A DNA stretch of 40,908 nucleotides from a virus: the UHGV virus genome UHGV-0188503. One strand, 5' to 3'. The notes under the pieces are model-generated. The model was not told the origin of the DNA. It searched no databases and saw nothing but the letters and a program-made list of their open reading frames with translations. The translations under genes were made by a program, and so were the position numbers. This document shows, one piece after another, positions 1 to 7,337 of this stretch (positions are counted from its first letter, which is position 1; every line of letters starts with the position of its first letter).

Positions 1-50
1 TTACATCAGCGTTACATTTTGCGTTACAGAGCGTTACATTTTGCGTTACA
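1..50. repeat. GCGTTACA iterons (putative phage origin), left part
   Basis: Copies at 9, 21, 31, 43 plus one spanning the junction (40906-5); they lie inside the initiator gene. Confidence 0.8.
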
Positions 51-253
51 TCTGCATTTCTTCTCCGTTCGCGTAAACGCTGCACTCTGATTTTGGTTTT
101 CTCTCTTTTTTTGCCTTGCTGATATCTTACCGAATCTTTTATGATAAGCACGCCGTCAGATACCTCAACCATGCCGCTCGGTGTGGAATCGATCACGGCG
201 ATCTTTCCGTCCTCAAAAAGCCCTACCGATAGTTTGATCAGTTTCACTTCCAC
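1..253 (-). CDS. Replication initiator / replisome organiser, 5' part (continues across the window junction to 40466)
   Basis: GTG at 253 with RBS AAAGGAGA (261-268). Reads MEVKLIKLSVGLFEDGKIAVIDSTPSGMVEVSDGVLIIKD...RVQRLRERRR, then VT-rich iteron-encoded peptide. Not in the ORF track because it crosses the edge. Confidence 0.8.
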   Translation of the reverse strand, partial: MEVKLIKLSVGLFEDGKIAVIDSTPSGMVEVSDGVLIIKDSVRYQQGKKREKTKIRVQRLRERRRNADVTQNVTLCNAKCNADV

Positions 254-270
254 CGTTTATTCTCCTTTAC

Positions 271-732
271 TTAAAATGGCAGCTCCTCATCCGCCGAAAT
301 CGGCTCAAAATGGGGCGTTTCGCTCTTTTTCGGTTCGGTTGGCTGTCCCCACTTTGCAAGGTCGCTCACGGGCGGATTTTGGGGGGCAGGGGCGGCTTGT
401 GTCGGCGCTTTCGATTCCACAAACCGGATATCCTGTGCAATGACCTCCGCCGAGTTTCTTTTTTGTCCGTCCCGGTCTGTCCATTGACGGATCTGCAACT
501 GCCCTTCCACATAGATCGGAAAGCCTTTTGCAAAGTGCCGGCAGATGATTTCGGCCCGTTTTTCAAAGGCCACCACTGTGATAAAATCCGCTTCCTGCCT
601 TTCGCCTTCTTTGGCATAACGGTTGACGGCAACCTGTACATTTACCACCGATTTTCCCGATGTGGTCATTTTCATTTCCGGGTCGGCTGTCAGCCGCCCG
701 GCAAGCATGATTTTGTTAAGATTCAGAGACAT
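271..732 (-). CDS. ssb: Single-stranded DNA-binding protein
   Basis: LNKIMLAGRLTADPE N-terminus, VEGQLQIRQW motif, acidic C-terminal EELPF. Confidence 0.95.
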   Translation of the reverse strand: MSLNLNKIMLAGRLTADPEMKMTTSGKSVVNVQVAVNRYAKEGERQEADFITVVAFEKRAEIICRHFAKGFPIYVEGQLQIRQWTDRDGQKRNSAEVIAQDIRFVESKAPTQAAPAPQNPPVSDLAKWGQPTEPKKSETPHFEPISADEELPF

Positions 733-1219
733 TCTCCGTTACCTCCGTTTCATCATTTTTGGGATCTTGTGCACCGGGGAAGGCCTTTGCAAGGCAATCC
801 GCGCCGCACAGCGCCCGTCCGTATTTTTTCAGGCTGCCGTTATAGATGTGCTCCGGAATCACTTTTCCGCACACCGAACACAGCCGGACGGGGAGCGCCT
901 TGATGCGCAGTCCCTGGACAAGCTCACCGCCGAATTTGATCCCGTCCTGCACAAACACAATGATTTGTTTCCCGTACCAGTCTTCAATGTTGTCAGATGC
1001 AAAAATCCGGGATAATGTGCGCATATTTGTCTTGTTAAGCACCATCGGCAGCGCGCTGTTTTCAAACCGGCACACCGGCACGGTTTCTTTCCGGCCGTTG
1101 TTTGACACAATCTGCTCACGCGAGATGGATTTGATGGTCATCACTTCTTCTTTTTCCACAATGGACGATGCGGAAAGGCTCTGCCAATCTACAAGGGTTT
1201 TCCAGCTTGTCTTTTCCAT
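716..1219 (-). CDS. Conserved phage protein with C-terminal Cys cluster, possible recombination partner of the adjacent exonuclease
   Basis: Lies between the RecE-like gene and ssb; LNKTN...IEDWYGK core; CxxC...CxxC tail. Confidence 0.6.
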   Translation of the reverse strand: MEKTSWKTLVDWQSLSASSIVEKEEVMTIKSISREQIVSNNGRKETVPVCRFENSALPMVLNKTNMRTLSRIFASDNIEDWYGKQIIVFVQDGIKFGGELVQGLRIKALPVRLCSVCGKVIPEHIYNGSLKKYGRALCGADCLAKAFPGAQDPKNDETEVTENVSES

Positions 1220-1222
1220 TTT

Positions 1223-2020
1223 TTATACCTCCTCGATCTTTGTTTCATCCAGCATTTTGGTTGCCCGGCAATAGTCACAGCCGCCGCACCGGGGCGCGGC
1301 AGTTTTTCCTTCTTTCATGGTCTGATAACGCGGGGCGTTGGCCGCTACTTCGGCCAGTGCCGCCTCCACCGTTTCGTCCGCGATACGGAAAAGACGCTTG
1401 TCCGGCGTTTTTTCTTTGGTCACTACAGCAAAAATAAAATCTTTTGTCTTTCCGCCGTTGTTTTGCGACCAGAGCGTTTTGTAAATGGCGTTTTGCAAGT
1501 CATAGCGGTAGGCCATGTAAAATGGAACCTTCATGCCGTCTGCCTCGCTCCATACCTCGTCTACATTGGCCAGCACTTTGCCGTCTACCACATAGCGGGG
1601 TGTTTCGCTGTCCAGCTTGCATTTAAACGGTACGCCGGCAATAAAACCGGTCAGGATCTTTTGGCGTTTCAGTCCGTGCAACAGCCCGAAAAGATAGGGG
1701 TCGTTTTCTATTACCCGGCAGATCTCCTCCGCCTGACGGAAGGGAGCGGTCAGCTCTCCTTTTTTGGTAAACATCTCCGGGTGTTGTGTGCGGAAATCGG
1801 AAAACTCTTTTTCCCCGTCCAGCCATGCGTCCACATAGGAGCCGACCAACATGCCGGTGCTGGGTTCTCTTTTCCATTCTCCCCGCAGTTCCGCCATCGC
1901 CCGTGCCGGGCACTCCGAAAAACTCTTGAATTGAGAGTAACTCATGTATTCTTCGTTTGCGTTCCGGCCGTAATAGTTCCGCTTTGACAGCCGGAGAAGT
2001 CCGCCGTTTTTACCATACAT
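1223..2020 (-). CDS. PD-(D/E)XK exonuclease, RecE/exonuclease VIII-like (DUF3799-type)
   Basis: YMSYSQFKSF..CPA start, FKCKLD..VVDGK, YDLQNAIY, C-terminal CGGCDYC. Confidence 0.8.
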   Translation of the reverse strand: MYGKNGGLLRLSKRNYYGRNANEEYMSYSQFKSFSECPARAMAELRGEWKREPSTGMLVGSYVDAWLDGEKEFSDFRTQHPEMFTKKGELTAPFRQAEEICRVIENDPYLFGLLHGLKRQKILTGFIAGVPFKCKLDSETPRYVVDGKVLANVDEVWSEADGMKVPFYMAYRYDLQNAIYKTLWSQNNGGKTKDFIFAVVTKEKTPDKRLFRIADETVEAALAEVAANAPRYQTMKEGKTAAPRCGGCDYCRATKMLDETKIEEV

Positions 2021-2324
2021 CCGCAGTCACCACCCGTCTGATGTGTTTTTTTGCACATTCGGTGCAAATAAACTGTGTTTCAAATCCGAAATCGGTCACA
2101 AATGCCGATTCTCCGAGCCGGATCTGTCGGCCGCACTCCTCGCAGATAACGCCCGGCTCTCCACGATCCTTTCCGGTGCATTCCCCACAGGCAACGCACG
2201 GGGTGTCATAGCTTCTTATACATTGCATTTCGTTTCCTCCGTTTTTTTCTGCTCTATCCTGACAGCCGCACCTTTCGCCTTCTTCCAGCGGTGCGCCGCA
2301 AACAAGACAGTTCCGCAAAATCAT
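2010..2324 (-). CDS. Cys-rich (zinc-finger) hypothetical protein
   Basis: Multiple CxxC pairs; overlaps both neighbours in operon fashion. Confidence 0.65.
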   Translation of the reverse strand: MILRNCLVCGAPLEEGERCGCQDRAEKNGGNEMQCIRSYDTPCVACGECTGKDRGEPGVICEECGRQIRLGESAFVTDFGFETQFICTECAKKHIRRVVTADVW

Positions 2325-2557
2325 CTGTATGTTCCCCCGGTTTTCAGCGTAACCTGCTGGATTCCTGCCACATAAGCAATCTTGAGCAGTCTTCCAAGCG
2401 CCGCTTTTCCGGGCTCTCTCAGGTCCTTGTAAATGGTGGATCTCGGTATGTTCGTTTTTTTGGATACCTTTTCAATTGTAATTCGGTGTGCCCGCATCGC
2501 TTCCCGAATCCGGAAAGCAAGCTCCTCCCCGTCAGTCCTGTAAGGATGCGCCAGCAT
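2321..2557 (-). CDS. Small HTH protein
   Basis: ITIEKVSKKTNIPRSTIYKDL helix-turn-helix pattern; RBS GGAGG upstream. Confidence 0.65.
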   Translation of the reverse strand: MLAHPYRTDGEELAFRIREAMRAHRITIEKVSKKTNIPRSTIYKDLREPGKAALGRLLKIAYVAGIQQVTLKTGGTYR

Positions 2558-2771
2558 AGTTGCCCTCCTTTTTGATGGTAATCAGGATAAAATCGCTGAA
2601 TACCTCTCTCTCTTCGTCCGTCATTCCTCTTTTCCGGATCTCCGGATCTTTCTTTTCCATTGCTCTAAAAAACCGCTCGCGGTAGTGAGAGATCCAGTCA
2701 ATAAAATCCGGCGTCAGCTTTTTTTCGCCCGTGATCATTTTCCAGATTTCAAACGGTGCCAAAGATTTCAT
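2532..2771 (-). CDS. Hypothetical early protein
   Basis: Tightly packed between the Cro-like gene and the small HTH gene. Confidence 0.6.
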   Translation of the reverse strand: MKSLAPFEIWKMITGEKKLTPDFIDWISHYRERFFRAMEKKDPEIRKRGMTDEEREVFSDFILITIKKEGNYAGASLQD

Positions 2772-2773
2772 AA

Positions 2774-2971
2774 TCAGTCATCTCCCAACAGATCGGTTGC
2801 TTTCACGCCGGTCGCTTTTGCGATGTTGCGCAGCAGTGCGATGGACGGCGATTTCTGCCCGTTCTCAATATAAACAAGGTGTTCGCGCGTGATGGCCAGA
2901 CAACCGGCAAGATCCGCCTGCGTCATGCCTGCATTCTTTCTCGCTTTTTTGATTCTTGCTCCCATGTTCAT
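2774..2971 (-). CDS. Cro-like XRE transcriptional regulator
   Basis: IKKARKNAGMTQADLA..ITREHLVYIENGQKSPS; divergent from the repressor. Confidence 0.85.
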   Translation of the reverse strand: MNMGARIKKARKNAGMTQADLAGCLAITREHLVYIENGQKSPSIALLRNIAKATGVKATDLLGDD

Positions 2972-3579
2972 GCTCTTTCTCCTTTCTTCGCAAAAAACTC
3001 TTCAAAGGTTCTTGCGCCGTAATTTCCTTTTGTAATCTTGATAATTTCCGCAATGGTATATTCCGGTTTGATTTCCTTCAGCCCTGCCAAAAAGTGCTCT
3101 GTTCCGGCTTGACACGCGCCTGTAATGATCCGATACATCATGGTCGCTTTTTCATAGCTGACAGTGGACGAAAGATCCAGGTTTTTGTACTGCTCTGCCC
3201 CCCGGTCTTTTTCCGCCTTAAATTCAAGATCCCGAACACCGCTTTGAAAATCCTTACAATGGGCGTATCTTTCCCCATCAGAAATGACATTTCGATTTTG
3301 GATCTTTCCGATGTAGTAGGTGTATTTGCCAACCGTTTTTTTCCGTTTTATGTGGGTCAAAATTTCGTCAACATAAAGATATTTTCCGGGAACATATTCT
3401 GCTTCTTTAAGCTTCCGATATTTTAAAGTGTTTCGTATTTTAAAAATTGGGGTGCCGGAAAGGTTAAGCCAACCGCCAACTTTCAGATTATCCGGCAATG
3501 CGGTGATTGGGGTGCCGGAAAGGTAAAGGTTTCCGTGCTCATCCATTCTTTCTTTCAATTCATCTAAAGTGTAAGTCAT
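2968..3579 (-). CDS. Early protein with 20-aa LRR-like repeat
   Basis: LYLSGTPITALPDNLKVGGWLNLSGTPI; 19-bp DNA repeat at 3446 and 3506. ATG 3579 has RBS GAAAGGA. Confidence 0.75.
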   Translation of the reverse strand: MTYTLDELKERMDEHGNLYLSGTPITALPDNLKVGGWLNLSGTPIFKIRNTLKYRKLKEAEYVPGKYLYVDEILTHIKRKKTVGKYTYYIGKIQNRNVISDGERYAHCKDFQSGVRDLEFKAEKDRGAEQYKNLDLSSTVSYEKATMMYRIITGACQAGTEHFLAGLKEIKPEYTIAEIIKITKGNYGARTFEEFFAKKGERA

Positions 3580-3607
3580 TTCAAACAATCCTTTCAAAAT
3601 TTATCAC

Positions 3608-3636
3608 TTGACAACTCCGGCCGTGAGCTGTAAAAT
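3608..3636 (+). promoter_or_regulatory. Rightward sigma70 promoter for repressor 1
   Basis: TTGACA-N17-TAAAAT; faces the leftward lytic promoter. Confidence 0.75.
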
Positions 3637-3656
3637 GTAAAGTGAGGTGTGATTAC

Positions 3657-3685
3657 ATTGTATCGCACAATTCGCAATATGTCAA
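3657..3685 (-). promoter_or_regulatory. Leftward lytic promoter P1 with operator-like repeat
   Basis: TTGACA-N17-TACAAT on the minus strand; TCGCA-N4-TCGCA in the spacer and an inverted copy at 3737-3750. Confidence 0.8.
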
Positions 3686-3772
3686 CATTTATTTCGCAAC
3701 TTTCTTATTTTTGTGAATGTTGCAAAAGAATTTGATTGCGATTTTTGCGATTTTGACAAAGGAGGATTTTTT

Positions 3773-4411
3773 GTGTTTTGGAAAACATTTATTGAGTTAT
3801 GTAACAAAAAAGGAGTTGCTCCAAATTTTGTTGCAAAGAGACTTGGATTTTCAACAGGAACAGTAACATGGTGGAAAAAAGGTAGATTGCCACGAGATAC
3901 CGCTCTTTTAAAACTGTCTGAATACTTCGGCGTATCTGTAGACTACCTGTTAGGTAAAAACACAGGAGAATCATCTGCAGCAAAAGAGCCGAGCAACATA
4001 GGCGCGGTTATGTCGGGAAATATCCATTTAATCCCCGTGTTTGAATCGGTTTCCGCCGGGTTCGGCACAATGGCGCAGGAATATGTTGTGGATTATTATC
4101 CTTGTTTAATAGGAAGTGAGGCGGAAGCCGAAGAAACGATCATCATCCGGGTCAAAGGCGACAGTATGTTCCCAAAGATTGAGGACGGAGATCTGATCCA
4201 AGTCCATAAGCAATCATGCGTGGACAGCGGAGCGGTTGCCGTGGTGCTTGTGGAAGGTACAGACGGTTTTGTTAAAAAGGTGGAATACGGTGAAAATTGG
4301 GTTGAACTACACTCGTTTAACCCGATGTACCCCGTCATGCGCTTTACCGGAACGGATATTCAAAAAATTCGCATTATCGGGCGTGTGAAAAAAGTAATTA
4401 AAAGCATCTGA
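3773..4411 (+). CDS. CI-like repressor (XRE HTH + S24 autopeptidase)
   Basis: GTG 3773 with GGAGG; N-terminal HTH; VSAG cleavage site; GDSM serine and VKKV lysine. Confidence 0.92.
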   Translation: MFWKTFIELCNKKGVAPNFVAKRLGFSTGTVTWWKKGRLPRDTALLKLSEYFGVSVDYLLGKNTGESSAAKEPSNIGAVMSGNIHLIPVFESVSAGFGTMAQEYVVDYYPCLIGSEAEAEETIIIRVKGDSMFPKIEDGDLIQVHKQSCVDSGAVAVVLVEGTDGFVKKVEYGENWVELHSFNPMYPVMRFTGTDIQKIRIIGRVKKVIKSI

Positions 4412-4436
4412 TAAAAAAAGAGTGAACTGTGATTAC

Positions 4437-4465
4437 ATTATAGTTCTGTTAGTTCGATTTGTCAA
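4437..4465 (-). promoter_or_regulatory. Leftward promoter P2 (fires antisense into repressor 1)
   Basis: Perfect TTGACA-N17-TATAAT on the minus strand; GTTC-N5-GTTC in the spacer and again at 4516-4528. Confidence 0.75.
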
Positions 4466-4550
4466 TGAATCTTGGGAAAATTTGTTCGATTTGTATGGTT
4501 GCACAAATTATGAAAGTTCAATATGTTCATTTTTCTGATGGAGGAATTCA

Positions 4551-4868
4551 ATGTTCTGGGATAATTATTTACAGTTGTGTATTCAAAAAAATAAAACTCC
4601 AACGGCAATAGGTATAGAGTTGGGTTTTTCTCGCGCGACAGTGTCGAACTGGAAAAACGGAGGGGTTCCGAGAGAAACTGCTCTTCATAAGATAGCGGTT
4701 TACTTCGGCGTTTCAATAGACTACTTATTAGGAAAATCCGAAACGCCATCCCCCGCCGCAATCTCTTTTACGGCAGAGGAAAACGCGATCATCTCAGCTT
4801 TACGCGCTCAGCCGGAAATGAAACCGGCCGTCCTGCGCTTGCTTGGATTGGATTCGGGATCTGAATAA
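4551..4868 (+). CDS. XRE HTH repressor 2 (no peptidase domain)
   Basis: RBS GGAGG; first 62 aa are 33/62 identical to repressor 1 by manual alignment. Confidence 0.88.
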   Translation: MFWDNYLQLCIQKNKTPTAIGIELGFSRATVSNWKNGGVPRETALHKIAVYFGVSIDYLLGKSETPSPAAISFTAEENAIISALRAQPEMKPAVLRLLGLDSGSE

Positions 4869-4900
4869 ACACCATTTCTTCATTATTTTTCAATATCCTA

Positions 4901-4929
4901 TTGACAAATAATTTGCTGTGTGTTATAGT
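4901..4929 (+). promoter_or_regulatory. Rightward promoter for repressor 3
   Basis: TTGACA-N17-TATAGT. Confidence 0.7.
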
Positions 4930-4954
4930 TGATGTAGCAGAAACCTGTGGTTAC

Positions 4955-4983
4955 ATTTTAACTTAGCAAACTAATATTGTCAA
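4955..4983 (-). promoter_or_regulatory. Leftward promoter P3 (fires antisense into repressor 2)
   Basis: TTGACA-N17-TAAAAT on the minus strand; AACTTAGCAAAC (4960-4971) has a perfect inverted copy at 5031-5042. Confidence 0.72.
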
Positions 4984-5057
4984 TATGTTTTTGGTAAGTT
5001 TTCTATATTTGTACAAGTGAACAAAACTTTGTTTGCTAAGTTATAAAAGGTGCACAA

Positions 5058-5393
5058 ATGGCAAAATTTAAGGAAAATTTCATAAGACTGTGCAACGAAA
5101 AGAAGGTTTCGCCCTCAAAAGTATGTAAAGAGGTTGGGCTTTCGTCAGCTGCTTTTTCTCTTTGGACAGATGATAGTGTCCCGCGCCGGGCTACGCTCAT
5201 GAGAATAGCTGATTATTTCGGGATAACAGCCGAAAAACTATTGGAAGAAAAAAAAGAATCATCCACCGCCGAAACGGTGGATGAAAGAGAGCAGGTTTTG
5301 TTGGAGCTGTTTCGACTTGTGCCTGACGGTCAGAAGGATGAAGTTATCAATCTGATTCGCTCCGCCCTAAAAATGCAAGGATTATCGAAATAG
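5058..5393 (+). CDS. XRE HTH repressor 3
   Basis: FIRLCNEKKVSPSKVCKEVGLSSAAFSLW...PRRATLMRIADYFG, same family as repressors 1 and 2; short helical C-terminus. Confidence 0.85.
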   Translation: MAKFKENFIRLCNEKKVSPSKVCKEVGLSSAAFSLWTDDSVPRRATLMRIADYFGITAEKLLEEKKESSTAETVDEREQVLLELFRLVPDGQKDEVINLIRSALKMQGLSK

Positions 5394-5457
5394 CAATCTC
5401 GGCGGCTTGTTTCGGGTCTTCTGATTCCAGAACGATTTTAAGCAATTCTTCTTCCAT
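5347..5457 (-). CDS. 36-aa peptide convergent with repressor 3 (candidate antirepressor)
   Basis: MEEELLKIVLESEDPKQAAEIAISIILAFLGRSESD; RBS AAAAGGAG (5469-5476); promoter TTGCTT-N17-TACAAT (5492-5520). Confidence 0.55.
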   Translation of the reverse strand: MEEELLKIVLESEDPKQAAEIAISIILAFLGRSESD

Positions 5458-5607
5458 GATGATGTAAGCTCCTTTTCGTTTTGCTGTTTCCATTGTAAGG
5501 CAAATATGGAAATAAAGCAATAGTCAAAAAATGACATTGCCTAATCATATCTGACAACATCCACAAAAAATGTGGATTTGAATTTATCATTATTTTGGGG
5601 GCAAATT

Positions 5608-6060
5608 GTGGCTTTCTGGGAGAGGCTGAAATATGCTAAAGAAAAGGCGAAAATGACAAATCAGGATATTTCCGAACGATCAGGCGTTCCGCTTCCTACT
5701 GTAAACCGGATTTTGTCCGGAGGAACAGACAGCCCCGGCGTGGATAATGTCAGAGCAATCGCAAACGCGCTTGGCGTTTCCATGGACGAAATATTTTCCC
5801 AAGAAAAGAAACCGGAGGAAATAACAAACGCCGGCCTTCTTGCAAGAATGTTGTCTAACAAAAACGAAACCATACGAATCGTCATGCAGGCATACGAATC
5901 CGAAATGGAGAAGATCAGAAAAGACCGGGATGAGATGCTAAGGCGAGAGACAAGATCGAAGCACTTCTTCATGGTTCTTGCTATCGTCTTCATTTTGGCT
6001 ATTTCCACCGCGCTCATTATTGATATTTGCCTGTCGAACTATGGATGGTTCAAAAGATAG
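5608..6060 (+). CDS. XRE HTH regulator with coiled coil and C-terminal transmembrane helix
   Basis: MTNQDISERSGVPLPTVNRILSG HTH; FFMVLAIVFILAISTALIIDI hydrophobic segment. Start could be 5572. Confidence 0.8.
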   Translation: MAFWERLKYAKEKAKMTNQDISERSGVPLPTVNRILSGGTDSPGVDNVRAIANALGVSMDEIFSQEKKPEEITNAGLLARMLSNKNETIRIVMQAYESEMEKIRKDRDEMLRRETRSKHFFMVLAIVFILAISTALIIDICLSNYGWFKR

Positions 6061-6072
6061 GAGGGATTTTTT

Positions 6073-6261
6073 ATGAGCTTTAAAACGATTCTTTCTGTGG
6101 TTGTAATGATCCTTCTCATTCTTTTCATGATCCGGATGAGTGTTGAGGCTTACCGCATAAGCAATCACGAAAACTTCCACCGTTTAGACCCGTTTTACTG
6201 GAAAAAACCGAAATACAAAAAGCCGAAAAAAGAAAAAAATCCGGAAAATCCGGATAAATAA
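6073..6261 (+). CDS. Small membrane protein with basic tail
   Basis: N-terminal hydrophobic helix, Lys-rich C-terminus, RBS upstream. Confidence 0.6.
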   Translation: MSFKTILSVVVMILLILFMIRMSVEAYRISNHENFHRLDPFYWKKPKYKKPKKEKNPENPDK

Positions 6262-6281
6262 GCATTATAAGGGAGGTATTT

Positions 6282-6998
6282 ATGAGTTCTCGTGCCGCTG
6301 CATTAGGCGCGTTAGGCGTAATGATTTGGTCCATGTTGCCAGCTTTTATTGCGGCCGGCAAAGGTAGAAATGGGTTTGCTTATTATTTTTTGAGTTGGAT
6401 CATATCTCCTCTATGGGGGACTATAGTAGTTGCGTGCTTGCCCAATTTAAAGAAACGCCGTTATAAATGTTGGAAATGCGGAACGGAAGGCCCATTTCCG
6501 AATGATGGTCCCTGTACCAACTGCGGAAGTACACTCCGTGTTTGGTATTATCCAGATGAGCGCATTTACAAATGTAGAAAATGCGGAACAGAAGGTCCAT
6601 TTCCGAATGACGGTCCATGCCCAAAATGCGGAAGCACAAAGCGCTTTTGGTACGATGCGCCCATGATGAATATTGTAGAATCAACTGATACTTGGCCTAA
6701 AGATCAGGAAAAGCGTTATAAATGCGGTAAGTGCGGAACGGATGGACCATTTGAAGGCGATCCTCAAAAAAGCGCCTGCCCTAAATGTGGATGTGTCCTG
6801 AAAGAATGGTATACTGCAAAATTATCTTCACAAAATAATGAAATTTCGTTAGAGAAAGAAAAAGCCCCTTGCTCTCCGAAACATAATGCTAAACTCCAAA
6901 TTGTTAAATGTGCATTTTGCGGATATGAAGGCTCCTTTGACGAAAATGATGCTTGTCCAAAATGTGGATGTGTTATAAAAAATAGTTCTCTTTCATAA
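6282..6998 (+). CDS. Membrane protein with four zinc-ribbon repeats
   Basis: Two hydrophobic N-terminal segments; 4x KCxxCG..G.F....CxxCG; RBS GGAGG. Confidence 0.8.
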   Translation: MSSRAAALGALGVMIWSMLPAFIAAGKGRNGFAYYFLSWIISPLWGTIVVACLPNLKKRRYKCWKCGTEGPFPNDGPCTNCGSTLRVWYYPDERIYKCRKCGTEGPFPNDGPCPKCGSTKRFWYDAPMMNIVESTDTWPKDQEKRYKCGKCGTDGPFEGDPQKSACPKCGCVLKEWYTAKLSSQNNEISLEKEKAPCSPKHNAKLQIVKCAFCGYEGSFDENDACPKCGCVIKNSSLS

Positions 6999-7011
6999 AG
7001 GAGAAATTTAA

Positions 7012-7335
7012 ATGGTTGTTGTCGTAATATTGGTTATTCTTTTCTCAGCCGTTGTATGCGCATTTATGTTGCTACATATCAATAAACTCGAAAGAAAGAT
7101 AGAAACCCAACAAAAGGAACTTTCAAAATTATCAGATAAAGAAAAAGAATTTTATAAGAACGAAAAAGAATTGTCAATAAATTTGGAAAATAAAAGCAAA
7201 GAATGTGAAGAAACGCTATTGAGACTTGTTCAACTTAGGAAGGACTATGATTTGCTTTTAAAAAATAAATCTTCCGAATTAAATCAAGCATTTGAAAAAT
7301 TGATGAAAGAAATAAAAGAAGAAAGGGTCAATTAA
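7012..7335 (+). CDS. Membrane-anchored coiled-coil protein
   Basis: Hydrophobic N-terminus, E/K/L heptads; RBS AAGGAG. Confidence 0.7.
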   Translation: MVVVVILVILFSAVVCAFMLLHINKLERKIETQQKELSKLSDKEKEFYKNEKELSINLENKSKECEETLLRLVQLRKDYDLLLKNKSSELNQAFEKLMKEIKEERVN

Positions 7336-7337
7336 AC

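Noticed and set aside
3648..4957. TGTG(A/G)TTACATT as shufflon or integron recombination sites
   Set aside because: The motif overlaps the -10 and start region of homologous promoters, all copies are direct, and there is no second recombinase. Homology is the simpler explanation, though recombination here is not excluded.
4490..5025. Rex or LexA operator
   Set aside because: TTGT-N8-ACAA is 2 bp shorter than the Rex box, and the GTTC repeats are direct rather than GAAC-N4-GTTC.
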